From assembly GCA_043827405.1 (NCBI GenBank), contig JBDRPD010000062.1, positions 32,001 through 96,000 of the forward strand: DNA of 64,000 nucleotides. Reading direction: 5' to 3'. The DNA comes from Elusimicrobiota bacterium. GTDB taxonomy: Bacteria > Elusimicrobiota > Elusimicrobia > UBA1565. The position numbers and the translations under genes are program-made. The notes below the pieces were generated by a model. That model was not told the origin of the DNA. It did no database searches and saw only the letters and a list, made by a program, of their open reading frames with translations. Each line of letters opens with the position of its first letter. Position 1 is the first letter of the stretch. Positions 1 to 9,270 of the stretch are shown one piece after another.

Positions 1-23
1 CGGCCGCCGCGGCCCTGGGGCCG

Positions 24-938
24 TTGGCGCCGCGGCATGCCAGCGCCTATGGAAAGGCCGACCGCGGTACGTCCGGCGCCGCTTTCCTGAAGCTGCCGCC
101 GGGCGCCCGCCCCTCCGCCCTGGGCGAGGCCTATTCGGCCGTGGCCGATGACGTCTACGCGGTCTATTATAATCCCGCCGGACTGGCCCGGCTCGGCCGG
201 TCTGAGCTCGCCGGGATGCATAATAAGCACTTCCAGGATACCAGCCATAATTTCGGCGCTGTCGCCGTGCCTTTGCTGTCCTGGGTCGATACCCGCCGTC
301 CGCGTTACGAGTTCGGCGTCCTGGCGCTCTCCCTGACGAGCCTGTCGGTTGATGGTATCGAGCGGCGCGGCCTGGTCGAAAGCGACGAGCCGGAGGGGAC
401 TTTCGGGGCGCGGGATTTTGTCTATACGCTGGGCTACGGCTATGCGGTAGGCGACCGTTTGTCGATCGGCGCGGCGGGCAAGTATATCTCCCAAACGCTT
501 GATTCGTCCCGCGCCTCGGCCTTCGCCGTGGACGGCGGCACGCAGTACCGCGCCGGGCGTCTGCGCGCCGCCGCCGGCTGGCGCAACGGGGGCAGCGCCG
601 TCAAGTTCCATTCCAGAGGCAATCCGCTGCCGTTTGAGGTCTACTTCGCCGGCGGCTATGCCTGGTCGGAGCGCTGGCTGGGCGTTGTGGAAGCGACTTT
701 GCCGCGCGATGATTCGCCGGGTTTTGCCGCCGGCGTCGAATACCGGCGCGCGATAATGGAAGATCTTGACGGCGGCCTGCGGCTGGGCTACAACTCGGAG
801 CATACCGCGGCCGACGGCCTGGGCGGAGTCACGGTGGGGCTGGGCTTAAGCTACGGGAAGACGGCTTTTGATTTCGCCTGGGTGCCCTACGGGGAACTGG
901 GGAGTACCTTCCGCTATTCGGTCCGCGTCCGGTTTTAG
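24..938 (+). CDS. PorV/PorQ-like (UPF0164) outer-membrane beta-barrel protein; true start probably upstream of the window
   Basis: N-terminal motif GAAFLKLPPGARPSALGEAYSAVADDVYAVYYNPAGLA typical of the family; alternating beta-strands; C-terminal Phe. Confidence 0.8.
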   Translation: MAPRHASAYGKADRGTSGAAFLKLPPGARPSALGEAYSAVADDVYAVYYNPAGLARLGRSELAGMHNKHFQDTSHNFGAVAVPLLSWVDTRRPRYEFGVLALSLTSLSVDGIERRGLVESDEPEGTFGARDFVYTLGYGYAVGDRLSIGAAGKYISQTLDSSRASAFAVDGGTQYRAGRLRAAAGWRNGGSAVKFHSRGNPLPFEVYFAGGYAWSERWLGVVEATLPRDDSPGFAAGVEYRRAIMEDLDGGLRLGYNSEHTAADGLGGVTVGLGLSYGKTAFDFAWVPYGELGSTFRYSVRVRF

Positions 939-1465
939 CGCTTCTTCTTTTCGCCCCACATCCGGTCGGCGCCGGTTTTGGCGGCGAAGGCGGCGCCCTG
1001 CAGGGACTTGCGCTCCTCGCGCATGCTGTTGATCTGCTCGGCGGCCTGGGTCTTGGAGTCCACCTCGGTCCATTCGGCGTCATCGGCCGCGCCCTTGGCG
1101 CCGTTTTTGCCGGCGGGGAGGTTGGATGCCGGCAAAGTCAGCGATTCCTTGCCGTTGTAGATGATCTTGTCTTTTTCAGTTTCCGAGGAGATCCGGATCG
1201 CGGAGACGATACCCTCGCCGTCCTTGGTCAGGCGGCCGTTAAGCACGGCCTGGCTAAGCGGGTCCTTGCCGAGGCTGAAATCGGATTTGGGGACTTCCTT
1301 AACCTCCACGTCCTTCTTCTCGGCCGCGGGTTTCTTGATGATCGGATTCGGCTTGCCGGTGCAGGTATTGGGCCAGAGGCAAATAGAGTACTTCCTGCCC
1401 TGCGCGCAGGCGTCGTCGGCGGTCAGGGTGAAGGTCAGGACGAAAAGGGCGATGGTTATCTTCAT
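935..1465 (-). CDS. hypothetical secreted protein
   Basis: 176-aa ORF with signal-peptide-like N-terminus (MKITIALFVLTFTLTA); TATCAT -10 lies 6 nt upstream of ATG. Confidence 0.7.
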   Translation of the reverse strand: MKITIALFVLTFTLTADDACAQGRKYSICLWPNTCTGKPNPIIKKPAAEKKDVEVKEVPKSDFSLGKDPLSQAVLNGRLTKDGEGIVSAIRISSETEKDKIIYNGKESLTLPASNLPAGKNGAKGAADDAEWTEVDSKTQAAEQINSMREERKSLQGAAFAAKTGADRMWGEKKKR

Positions 1466-1524
1466 GCTCTTATGATAGCCGGAATGCCCACGGAGGAGAA
1501 GTGGCGGACGGCCTAAAAAGACGA

Positions 1525-1563
1525 CCCGGCCTTGGACCTATTGGAAGTGGGACGAAGGGCCTA
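1525..1563. promoter_or_regulatory. tandem imperfect 16-bp palindromes of type (TA)GGNC-N4-GNCC(TA); putative regulator binding sites
   Basis: cccggccttggaccta (1525-1540) and tgggacgaagggccta (1548-1563), upstream of the minus-strand gene 935-1465. Confidence 0.4.
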
Positions 1564-2934
1564 TCTGGATTTTCTGATTTCGCGGCAGCCCGTCTTCTGG
1601 ATGGAGGTCGTGGTCTTGATTTGTCCCTTGCCGGGGCCGGCGCAGGCTTTGACATTATCCGGCGAGTAGATGGCGGTTTGATGGTAGGCTTTGAGGAATC
1701 TCACCGCCGCCTGGTCGCATTCTCCGCTCGTTTGGCCCGGCTTGCAGCCGGCGGCCGATACGGCGGCTCCCTGGGCCGCCGCTTCCGTGATGGAGAGCTG
1801 TACGCCGGGGGAGGTGATTCCGCTTTCGGCCTGGCCGCTGAGCAGACCCGACACCCGCTGCTTCATGTCAACGACGGACTCTCCCTGAGGATCGACGAGC
1901 TCCTTGGTCGCGCTGTCCTGTATGCCGCCGCGGTACTTCTCCTGCTGCTCGGACGTCATGTCGGTGTTGTAGTTCTTCGCGCGGGCCTGCGAAATATCGG
2001 GGGTGCCGCCGCCGTTCTGCGAGACGGCGGTAGGGGTGTTGTTGCCGGAGCCGTACGCCGTGGGCTCCGCGCCGCGGTTCTCGGTCTGCTCCGGCGTGCT
2101 CTTGATGTTGGCCAGGTTCTCGAGCGCCTGGTGGTGGCTCTGGTCGTCGGAGAGCACCTGATCGACCTGCTCCGGAGAAGGGTCGTTCCATAAATTATCA
2201 TTGCCTTCGGGATTCTGCGGAATATCCCAGGGGGCCGGCGGACCGACGAAGCCGGGGTCGCCGTACTGCAGCGGCTGCTGCCCTTTGGGGGCGTTCTCCG
2301 CGATCGTTTTATTGGCGAGCGCCGTGCCTTCCTTCTCGGCCGCCGCGAATGCGGCTTCCTGGTCCTGCTTCTGCTGCTGCTCCTGGTCCCAGGTTTTTCG
2401 GAAACTCTCGTTGATGTTGCCCAGGTCCAAAAGCATGCAGGAGTCGGCCGTTTCGACGCCGACGATGGTCGGGGGTTCGCCGCCGTCGGTCTGGAACCTG
2501 AAGATGCCGGGATACAGTTTCGAGAGCACCTCGAGGTCCTGCATGTCCTGGGTGCAGGCGGTCTTTGAGCAGTCGATATTGACCGGGGCATTCGGGATGT
2601 CAAGATGCTCCGCGTTCGCCAGATATTCGAGCCGGCTGGCGCTGAAGCCCCATTTGTTGAGTTTGTCCACAACCGCAGGATGTTCTTTCGAATAGGCCAT
2701 GGCAAGCGGGGGGTCTTTCGGGTCGGGCGTCTTGGGCGGAAATGAGAACCTGCCGAGGGAGTCAGGGTTGAAGCCCGGCATATCGGAGGTAAGAGTCATG
2801 CCGTCAGCCGGCAAGCCGGCATTCGCTTCTGCGGTTTCTTCCGGCAGCGGCGGATCGGCCGACGCGATAGGCGGAAAAGCCAGGGCCAGAGCCAGGCTGA
2901 AGAGCGGAAAGAGCTTAAAAATATTGGCTTTCAT
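1561..2934 (-). CDS. hypothetical secreted acidic protein
   Basis: 457-aa ORF, signal peptide MKANIFKLFPLFSLALALAFPPIASA, paired Cys residues, no family recognised. Confidence 0.75.
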   Translation of the reverse strand: MKANIFKLFPLFSLALALAFPPIASADPPLPEETAEANAGLPADGMTLTSDMPGFNPDSLGRFSFPPKTPDPKDPPLAMAYSKEHPAVVDKLNKWGFSASRLEYLANAEHLDIPNAPVNIDCSKTACTQDMQDLEVLSKLYPGIFRFQTDGGEPPTIVGVETADSCMLLDLGNINESFRKTWDQEQQQKQDQEAAFAAAEKEGTALANKTIAENAPKGQQPLQYGDPGFVGPPAPWDIPQNPEGNDNLWNDPSPEQVDQVLSDDQSHHQALENLANIKSTPEQTENRGAEPTAYGSGNNTPTAVSQNGGGTPDISQARAKNYNTDMTSEQQEKYRGGIQDSATKELVDPQGESVVDMKQRVSGLLSGQAESGITSPGVQLSITEAAAQGAAVSAAGCKPGQTSGECDQAAVRFLKAYHQTAIYSPDNVKACAGPGKGQIKTTTSIQKTGCREIRKSR

Positions 2935-2975
2935 GGCGCTTCCGTCAATAGTATAGCCGGATTACTGGCCGCCGC

Positions 2976-3015
2976 AAGGTCTAAAGTCCTAGACGTCAAT
3001 AGGCCTTAGGACCCA
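2976..3015. promoter_or_regulatory. tandem imperfect 16-bp palindromes of type (TA)GGNC-N4-GNCC(TA)
   Basis: aaggtctaaagtccta (2976-2991) and taggccttaggaccca (3000-3015) in a divergent intergenic region. Confidence 0.5.
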
Positions 3016-3077
3016 GATTATTATATCATAGAATGCGCCATTGAAAAGCCACCGCGCTTTTGGTATATATTCCCACT

Positions 3078-4556
3078 ATGGCAATCGAATTTGGCACCTC
3101 CGGCTGGCGCGCCGTCCTGTCTGAAGATTTTACTTTTGATAATGTTCGCAAGCTTATTCACGCAATATCCGGGCACATTAAGGAGCACCCTTTATACGGC
3201 TACCATGGGCAGGAGTACTTCGCTCATGTGGGGGAGAAAGCCGCCAAGGACGCGCCCCTGGTGGTCATCGGCTACGATCCGCGTTTTATGGGGGAGAAGT
3301 TCGCCCTGGAGGCGGCCGAGGTGTTCGCCGCCGCCGGGGTGCGAGTCATCCTGTCGGACCAGGACACTCCGACTCCCGCCGTCGCCTGGAATGTCCTCGA
3401 AGAGGGCGCCGTCGGCGGCATCGTCGTGACGGCGAGCCACAACCCGGGCAACTACAACGGCATCAAGTGGACGCCGTTCTGGGGCGGGCCGGCGACTGTG
3501 GATGTGACCGAGGATATCGAGCGGCGCATCAGCATTGTGGGCCACCACAATATCCGGATGATGGCTTACGATAAGGCCGAGCGCGACGGCTGGATCACCC
3601 GCAAGGACTTCCGCGGCGGCTACTTCAAGCAGCTGCGCAAGATGCTCGACATTGACAAGATCAAGGCGGCCAAGCTGCGCATCGGCGTCGACGCCATGAA
3701 CGGCGCCGCGCGGCACTACCTGCGGCCGTTCCTTGAGAGCATCGGTCTCACGGTCGAGGCCATCAACGAAGAGCGCGACGTCACGTTTCAGGGGCATTCG
3801 CCCGAGCCGACGCCGGAGCGTCTCGAGCGGCTCGCCGCGCTGATGAAGAAAAAGAATCTCCAGCTGGGCCTCGCCTGCGACGGCGACGCCGACCGCTTCG
3901 GCGTCCTCGACGAGGGCGGCGCTTGGATCTCCGCCAACGAGGTGCTGGCCCTGACCCTGCATCACCTCATAACCTACCGCCGGCAGACGGGAGGGGTGGC
4001 GCGCAGCCTGATGACCTCGCATTTTGTCGACGCCGTCGCCAAGAGCCGCCAGCTGCGCGTCCGGGAGACTCCGGTCGGCTTCAAGCATATCGGCGAGCTC
4101 CTGCGCACGGGCGATTTTATCCTCGGCGGCGAAGAGTCCGGCGGGCTTTCGATTCGCGGGCATGTGCCGGAGAAAGACGGCATCCTCGCCTGCCTGCTGA
4201 TGGCCGAACTGACGGCTTACGCGAAGAAGCCGCTGGCCAAGGTGCGCGACAGCCTGTTCAAGGATCTGGGGCATTTCTGCAACTCCCGGCTGAACTTCGA
4301 GCTGAGCAGTCCAAAGATGGCCAAGGAGCTGCGCGACCGCCTGACGCAGAAGCCGCCGCTCAATATCGCTGGGACTTCGGTATGGCGCATAGACCACACC
4401 GACGGCTTTAAGTTTATTCTCAAGGACGGGCGCTGGATGGGCCTGCGCCTGTCGGGTACCGAGCCCGTCGTTCGGCTCTACGCCGAAGCCTTCGACCCGA
4501 AGGGGCTGAAGTCGCTGGTTGATGACGGCCGGAAGATTATCATGGGGAAAAAATAA
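3078..4556 (+). CDS. phosphoglucomutase/phosphomannomutase family protein
   Basis: FGTSGWR, TASHNP phosphoserine loop, DGDADR metal loop, GEESGG, RLSGTEP motifs. Confidence 0.95.
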   Translation: MAIEFGTSGWRAVLSEDFTFDNVRKLIHAISGHIKEHPLYGYHGQEYFAHVGEKAAKDAPLVVIGYDPRFMGEKFALEAAEVFAAAGVRVILSDQDTPTPAVAWNVLEEGAVGGIVVTASHNPGNYNGIKWTPFWGGPATVDVTEDIERRISIVGHHNIRMMAYDKAERDGWITRKDFRGGYFKQLRKMLDIDKIKAAKLRIGVDAMNGAARHYLRPFLESIGLTVEAINEERDVTFQGHSPEPTPERLERLAALMKKKNLQLGLACDGDADRFGVLDEGGAWISANEVLALTLHHLITYRRQTGGVARSLMTSHFVDAVAKSRQLRVRETPVGFKHIGELLRTGDFILGGEESGGLSIRGHVPEKDGILACLLMAELTAYAKKPLAKVRDSLFKDLGHFCNSRLNFELSSPKMAKELRDRLTQKPPLNIAGTSVWRIDHTDGFKFILKDGRWMGLRLSGTEPVVRLYAEAFDPKGLKSLVDDGRKIIMGKK

Positions 4557-4557
4557 T

Positions 4558-5850
4558 ATGGCCAAGATCAAGGATGTCCGGGCGCGTGAGATTCTGGATT
4601 CCCGGGGGTTCCCGACGCTGGAAGCCGAGATCGTTCTGGAGGACGGCGCCATCGGCCGGGCCGCGGTGCCCAGCGGCGCGTCCACCGGCGAGCACGAGGC
4701 GGTGGAGCTGCGGGACAAGGATAAGTCGAGATTTTTGGGCAAAGGCGTCCGGCAGGCGGTGGAAAACGTCGTGCAGGTGCTCGGCCCGGCGGTCAAGAGC
4801 ATGGACGCCGCCGACCAGGTGGGGATCGACGAGACCATCATCGGGCTCGACGGCTCGTCCAATAAGGGCAAGCTGGGCGCCAACGCGCTCCTTGGGGTCT
4901 CCATGGCGGCGGCGCGCGCCGCGGCGGCGAGCTCCGGCACGCCGCTCTATATCCATCTGCGCAAAGCTTTTAATATCAAGCACGAGGAGTTTCTGCTGCC
5001 GGCGCCGATGCTCAACATCATCAACGGCGGCAAGCACGCCGACAGCGGCCTCGACGTCCAGGAGTTCATGATCGTCCCGACCGACGCCGCGGACTTCCCG
5101 GAGGCCCTGCGCATGGGCGCCGAGATTTATCAGCACCTCAAAATGCTGCTCAAGGCGCGGAACCATTCGGTGGCCGTCGGCGACGAGGGCGGTTTCGCGC
5201 CGCACCTGAACTCGCACGACGAAGCGCTCGAAATCGTGCTCGAGGCCATCCAGAAGGCCGGCTACGAGGGCCGCGTCCAGCTGGCGCTCGATGCGGCGGC
5301 CAGCGAGTTCTTCAAGGTCGGAAAGTACCAGTTTGAGGGCCAGGCGCGGACGGCGGCGGAGATGAACGAGATCTACGCGCGCTGGGTCGCGCATCATCCG
5401 ATCATCTCCCTGGAGGATCCCCTGGCGGAAGACGACTGGGACGGCTGGAAGGCGCTGACCGCCAAGATCGGCGATAAGACGCGGATCATCGGCGACGATA
5501 TCTTCGTGACCAACCTCGAGCGGCTCGGGCGCGGCATCGAGGAGAAGTCGGCGAACTCGATCCTCATCAAGCTCAATCAGATCGGTACGGTCATGGAGAC
5601 GGTGCATGCCGTGCTCAAGGCGCACGGGGCGGGCTTCATGTCGGTTATCTCTCACCGTTCGGGCGAGACGGAGGATCCGTTTATCGCGGACCTCGCCGTC
5701 GCGCTCAACGCCGGCGCCATCAAGACCGGCGCGCCCTGCCGCTCCGAGCGGCTCGCGAAGTACAACCAGCTCCTGCGCATCCATGACGAGCTCGGCGATA
5801 AGGCCGTGTTCGCCCGGGACCGAGCCTTCCGCGCAGGAGTGCATGCCTAA
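4558..5850 (+). CDS. eno: enolase (phosphopyruvate hydratase)
   Basis: AREILDSRG, VPSGASTGEHEAVELRD, GDEGGFAP, SHRSGETED, RSERLAKYNQLLRI. Confidence 0.98.
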   Translation: MAKIKDVRAREILDSRGFPTLEAEIVLEDGAIGRAAVPSGASTGEHEAVELRDKDKSRFLGKGVRQAVENVVQVLGPAVKSMDAADQVGIDETIIGLDGSSNKGKLGANALLGVSMAAARAAAASSGTPLYIHLRKAFNIKHEEFLLPAPMLNIINGGKHADSGLDVQEFMIVPTDAADFPEALRMGAEIYQHLKMLLKARNHSVAVGDEGGFAPHLNSHDEALEIVLEAIQKAGYEGRVQLALDAAASEFFKVGKYQFEGQARTAAEMNEIYARWVAHHPIISLEDPLAEDDWDGWKALTAKIGDKTRIIGDDIFVTNLERLGRGIEEKSANSILIKLNQIGTVMETVHAVLKAHGAGFMSVISHRSGETEDPFIADLAVALNAGAIKTGAPCRSERLAKYNQLLRIHDELGDKAVFARDRAFRAGVHA

Positions 5851-6220
5851 ACGCCGCCGCCATCTAAAGACGGCTAATGGGGGCGTAAGCAGGCGGCCGG
5901 CGGCGCGCGGCACCGCGGTCGGCGGCTGGTTTGCGCGCATCCCCCGCCGCTGGCTCTACGCCGCTGCCGCTGCTGCCGCCGCCGCTCTGCTGTTGGGAAA
6001 CCAAGGCTTCCGGACTGTGGTCAAGAATACTTTGCTGCTGCGCCGCATCCACCGGGAGCTGGCGCTGGAGAAAGAGGATGCGCGGCAGCTGGAACGCTCG
6101 ATCAAGGCGGTGAGCAGCGATGATCGCGCGCTCGAGCGGGCCGTACGCAAGGAGCTGGGCTATCTTAAGCCGGGTGAAGTCGAGTACCGCTTCCCGCCGC
6201 CCAGCGCAAAAAACAAATAA
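5843..6220 (+). CDS. ftsB: septum formation initiator FtsB/DivIC family protein
   Basis: TM segment, coiled coil and LERAVRKELGYLKPGE motif; canonical position downstream of eno. Confidence 0.85.
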   Translation: MPKRRRHLKTANGGVSRRPAARGTAVGGWFARIPRRWLYAAAAAAAAALLLGNQGFRTVVKNTLLLRRIHRELALEKEDARQLERSIKAVSSDDRALERAVRKELGYLKPGEVEYRFPPPSAKNK

Positions 6221-6230
6221 CCATAACGAC

Positions 6231-6304
6231 TGGTACCGGTTTTTAACTTTAACTTTGTTGTGGATAGTTATCCCCATGTAAGTTAAAGTTAAAAAACGGT
6301 ACCA
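6231..6304. repeat. 25-bp inverted repeat (1 mismatch) enclosing two oppositely oriented DnaA-box-like 9-mers
   Basis: Arms tggtaccggtttttaactttaactt (6231-6255) and aagttaaagttaaaaaacggtacca (6280-6304); loop contains tgtggatag (6259-6267) and ttatcccca (6268-6276). Confidence 0.85.
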
Positions 6305-6314
6305 TTGAGCTATT

Positions 6315-7097
6315 GTGTTTCCGACTCTGTTTCGAATAGGCGATTTTCAAGTGGCGACCTATGGTCTGCTGGTCGCCGCCGGCTATCTGGCCGGCATCGC
6401 CTGGCTGAGCGCGCAGCGCCGGAACATGGAGCTGAGCGAGGAGCGGTTCTGGAACCTCATCTACGTCCTCTTTTTCGGCGCTATCGTCGGCGGCAAGCTC
6501 CTCTACTGGGCCGTTTCCTGGCGCGATATCCTCAACGGCGACCTGCGGCTGATCCGCGATATCCGTTTCGGCTTCGTCTACTTCGGCGGCCTGCTCGGCG
6601 TCTTCGCGGCCGGCGTCTGGTACAAGCGGCGGCACAATCTGGTCTTCATGAAGATCGCGGACTACTTCTCGACCGCGCTGCCGGTCGGGCATGCGATCGG
6701 ACGGCTCGGCTGCTTCATGGCCGGCTGCTGCGCGGGGCGGCCGACCGAGATGCCCTGGGGCGTGCGCTTCACGCATCCGGCCAGCCTGGTCCATCATGCC
6801 CTGCGCGGCACGCCCCTGCATCCGACCCAGCTCTACGAGGCCGGCGCCAATATCCTGATCGCCGTGCTCCTGTACCGCTTGCTGGGCAGGGTGCGTACGG
6901 GCCGGCTCGCCCAGGGGACCGTCTTCGTTACCTACCTGGCGCTGTACTCCGTCGCCCGTTTTGTTATTGAGTTCTTCCGCGGCGACGACCGGGGCGGGGA
7001 ATTGCTCGCCTTGTCGCCGTCGCAGTGGATCGCGCTCGGTACCGTCGCGGCGGCCGCTTACCTGTATAAATTCCACCGCGGACGGAGCGGGGCATGA
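6315..7097 (+). CDS. lgt: prolipoprotein diacylglyceryl transferase
   Basis: YGLL, VYFGG, GRLGCF, HPTQLYE, RFVIEFFRGD motifs. Confidence 0.95.
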   Translation: MFPTLFRIGDFQVATYGLLVAAGYLAGIAWLSAQRRNMELSEERFWNLIYVLFFGAIVGGKLLYWAVSWRDILNGDLRLIRDIRFGFVYFGGLLGVFAAGVWYKRRHNLVFMKIADYFSTALPVGHAIGRLGCFMAGCCAGRPTEMPWGVRFTHPASLVHHALRGTPLHPTQLYEAGANILIAVLLYRLLGRVRTGRLAQGTVFVTYLALYSVARFVIEFFRGDDRGGELLALSPSQWIALGTVAAAAYLYKFHRGRSGA

Positions 7098-8035
7098 AGA
7101 ACGAGCGCCTGACCGTGGGCACCAGCGGCGTGCGGCTCGACCGCTTTCTGGCCATGCGTTTTTCCGGCTACAGCCGCTCCTTCTGCAAGGACCTGGTAAA
7201 CACCGAGCGCGTCACCGTGGACGGCCTTAAGCGGCCTCCGGATTACCGCCTGACCTGCGGCGAGGTCGTGCGGGTGCGCATCGGCCTGCCCGTCTGGGAC
7301 GAGCCCGACTTTGATAAATGGGTTATTTACGAGGACCGGGACCTGCTGGCGCTCAATAAGCCGGCCGGCATCCTGACGCACCCCGTGGGCGAGACCTGGC
7401 TCAACCGTTCCGATGCCGTGCTGGACGCTCCCGAGCCGACGGTCGCGGGCCTGCTGTGGAAGTGCCGGCCCGAGATCCGCCGTTCCAATGTCGAGCGCTG
7501 CGGGATCGTGCACCGTCTCGACCGGCGCACCAGCGGCGTCATTCTCGCCGCCAAGCGCGTCCCCGCGCAGAAGAATCTGCTGCAGGCGTTCCGGGAGCGG
7601 AGGGTCGCCAAGGTTTATCGCGCCGTCGTGCTGGGCCATCCGGAGCGGATAGATATCGACGCGCCGATCGGCCGCGCGCCGGGCCGCCGGCGCGTGCAGG
7701 TATCGCAGTGGGGACGGGAGGCGAGCACCCGCATCAAGACCATCGCTTTCGCCCGCGGGATGAGCGTGGTGCAGGCTGAGCCGCGGACCGGCCGTACCCA
7801 TCAGATCCGCGCCCACCTGGCGCATTTGGGATATCCGGTGGCCGGGGATGGCGAATGGTTCTGCGCGCCGGAGCTCAAGAGGCTGGCCGAGCTGGGCCAT
7901 GAGCCGCCCGAGCGCATGCTGCTGCACTCCTACCGGGTGCGTTTGTGGCATCCCGTTACCGGCGAGCGGGCTTCCTTCACCGCGCCGATTCCCCAGGACT
8001 TCCGCGACTACTGGGAAGCCGTGGTCGGGCTTTAG
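7094..8035 (+). CDS. RluA/RluD family pseudouridine synthase with S4 domain
   Basis: RLDRFL S4 start, NKPAG, HRLDRRTSG catalytic Asp, TGRTHQIRAH. Confidence 0.93.
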   Translation: MKNERLTVGTSGVRLDRFLAMRFSGYSRSFCKDLVNTERVTVDGLKRPPDYRLTCGEVVRVRIGLPVWDEPDFDKWVIYEDRDLLALNKPAGILTHPVGETWLNRSDAVLDAPEPTVAGLLWKCRPEIRRSNVERCGIVHRLDRRTSGVILAAKRVPAQKNLLQAFRERRVAKVYRAVVLGHPERIDIDAPIGRAPGRRRVQVSQWGREASTRIKTIAFARGMSVVQAEPRTGRTHQIRAHLAHLGYPVAGDGEWFCAPELKRLAELGHEPPERMLLHSYRVRLWHPVTGERASFTAPIPQDFRDYWEAVVGL

Positions 8036-8067
8036 CCGGGCGCCGCCGAGGCCTCTCAGGATATGCG

Positions 8068-8514
8068 TTATCTTCTGACTTCGATCCCGTTTTCCCGGGC
8101 TGCCGCCAGAAGATCTTCCAGCGAGAAATCCTCGCAGAGGGCGGCCTTCTCCATGAAGGGGACAAACCAGCCGAAACCGTAGCGCTTGATCTCCGCGACC
8201 GTATCGTTGTAGCGCAGCAGGGAGCGCGGATCGAAGTTGGCCTGTCCATTATAATCGCCGCCGAACAGTATCGGCCGGTCCAGGCTGGCGGGATCGAAGC
8301 CCAGGCTGAACGCCTTCGCGTAGTAGAACTGAAGCGGGAGTTCCGCGGGCCGATACCAGCCGGGCTCCTTTCCTCGGCTGTTCAAGACGCCCTCTCGCGG
8401 CACGGGAATCCGATCATGCCGCGATTGTACTAGATTGGTCGGATCGCCGATGACGCAAATTAGCGGACGAAGATATATAATGCTCGCCGCCAATAATCCG
8501 TGCCGCGGAGGCAA
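8068..8514 (-). CDS. hypothetical protein (start uncertain)
   Basis: 148-aa ORF with protein-like composition filling the gap between rluA and the next gene; TTG start is doubtful. Confidence 0.5.
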   Translation of the reverse strand: MPPRHGLLAASIIYLRPLICVIGDPTNLVQSRHDRIPVPREGVLNSRGKEPGWYRPAELPLQFYYAKAFSLGFDPASLDRPILFGGDYNGQANFDPRSLLRYNDTVAEIKRYGFGWFVPFMEKAALCEDFSLEDLLAAARENGIEVRR

Positions 8515-8519
8515 TAGGT

Positions 8520-8831
8520 ATGCCGAGCAAACTGATAGCGCTTTTGGAGTCGGCTCTCGCTTATCGCGCGATCCAGGGACTCCTCTTTTTGCCGACCCTG
8601 ACGATGGTCGTCCTTCAGACTTTTGCCGCTGCCGGAGAAATCCGCGGCGCCGGCATGGGCGGCGGCGCCTTTCCCGTCGCCGCGCTCGGCCGCGCCGCGT
8701 GGGTTGTCGTCTGCATCGCGCCGATCAAGGAGATCTATGAGGCCAACTTTGTTCGCAGGAACGCGCCGCGGATCCTGCCGATGCTCCCGGCCTTCGTCTG
8801 CCTGATAATGGCTGTCGCTGTCTTTTTTTAG
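8520..8831 (+). CDS. hypothetical membrane protein
   Basis: 103 aa with about three hydrophobic segments; GGAGG SD and TATAAT upstream. Confidence 0.6.
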   Translation: MPSKLIALLESALAYRAIQGLLFLPTLTMVVLQTFAAAGEIRGAGMGGGAFPVAALGRAAWVVVCIAPIKEIYEANFVRRNAPRILPMLPAFVCLIMAVAVFF

Positions 8832-8859
8832 CGATCCCACGTGATTCGTGGGTCTTGTC

Positions 8860-9201
8860 TCAGCGGCCGAAATAGCTCTTGATTTTGCCGGCGAGGCGCC
8901 GGCCTTCGCGCCAGCCCAAGACTATCCCGACCAGGGCTCCGAGGGTGAATGCCGCCGCCTCGATCGTCGCCGTCGTCGCGGAGCCCGTGTCGACGCCCTG
9001 CACGTCGGCGAAGAGGTAGCCGACGACCAGCCCCAGGACGCCGAAGCAAAAGGCGCCGGCGCTCGCGACCGCCGGTACGAGAAAAGCCGCGAGCGCGTCC
9101 TGGCGGCGCCCCGCGACGAGATAGGCTAACGCCAGCAAGGCACCGGCGCCGGGAGCGAGGAGGATGCCGCCCATGATGGCGAGGGGAATGGTCTGATTCA
9201 T
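8860..9201 (-). CDS. hypothetical membrane protein
   Basis: 113 aa from ATG 9201 (MNQTIPLAIMGG), three hydrophobic helices, basic C-terminal tail. Confidence 0.65.
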   Translation of the reverse strand: MNQTIPLAIMGGILLAPGAGALLALAYLVAGRRQDALAAFLVPAVASAGAFCFGVLGLVVGYLFADVQGVDTGSATTATIEAAAFTLGALVGIVLGWREGRRLAGKIKSYFGR

Positions 9202-9270
9202 CTCAGGGCCTGCGATACTAAACCAAAAATGATAAAAATGGAGAAGAGCCGCAGCGCAAAGGAGCGAGCC

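Noticed and set aside
6221..6314. Integron attC site, or oriC
   Set aside because: Lacks proper RYYYAAC/GTTRRRY ends and there is no integrase; only two DnaA-like boxes and no dnaA/dnaN context for an origin.
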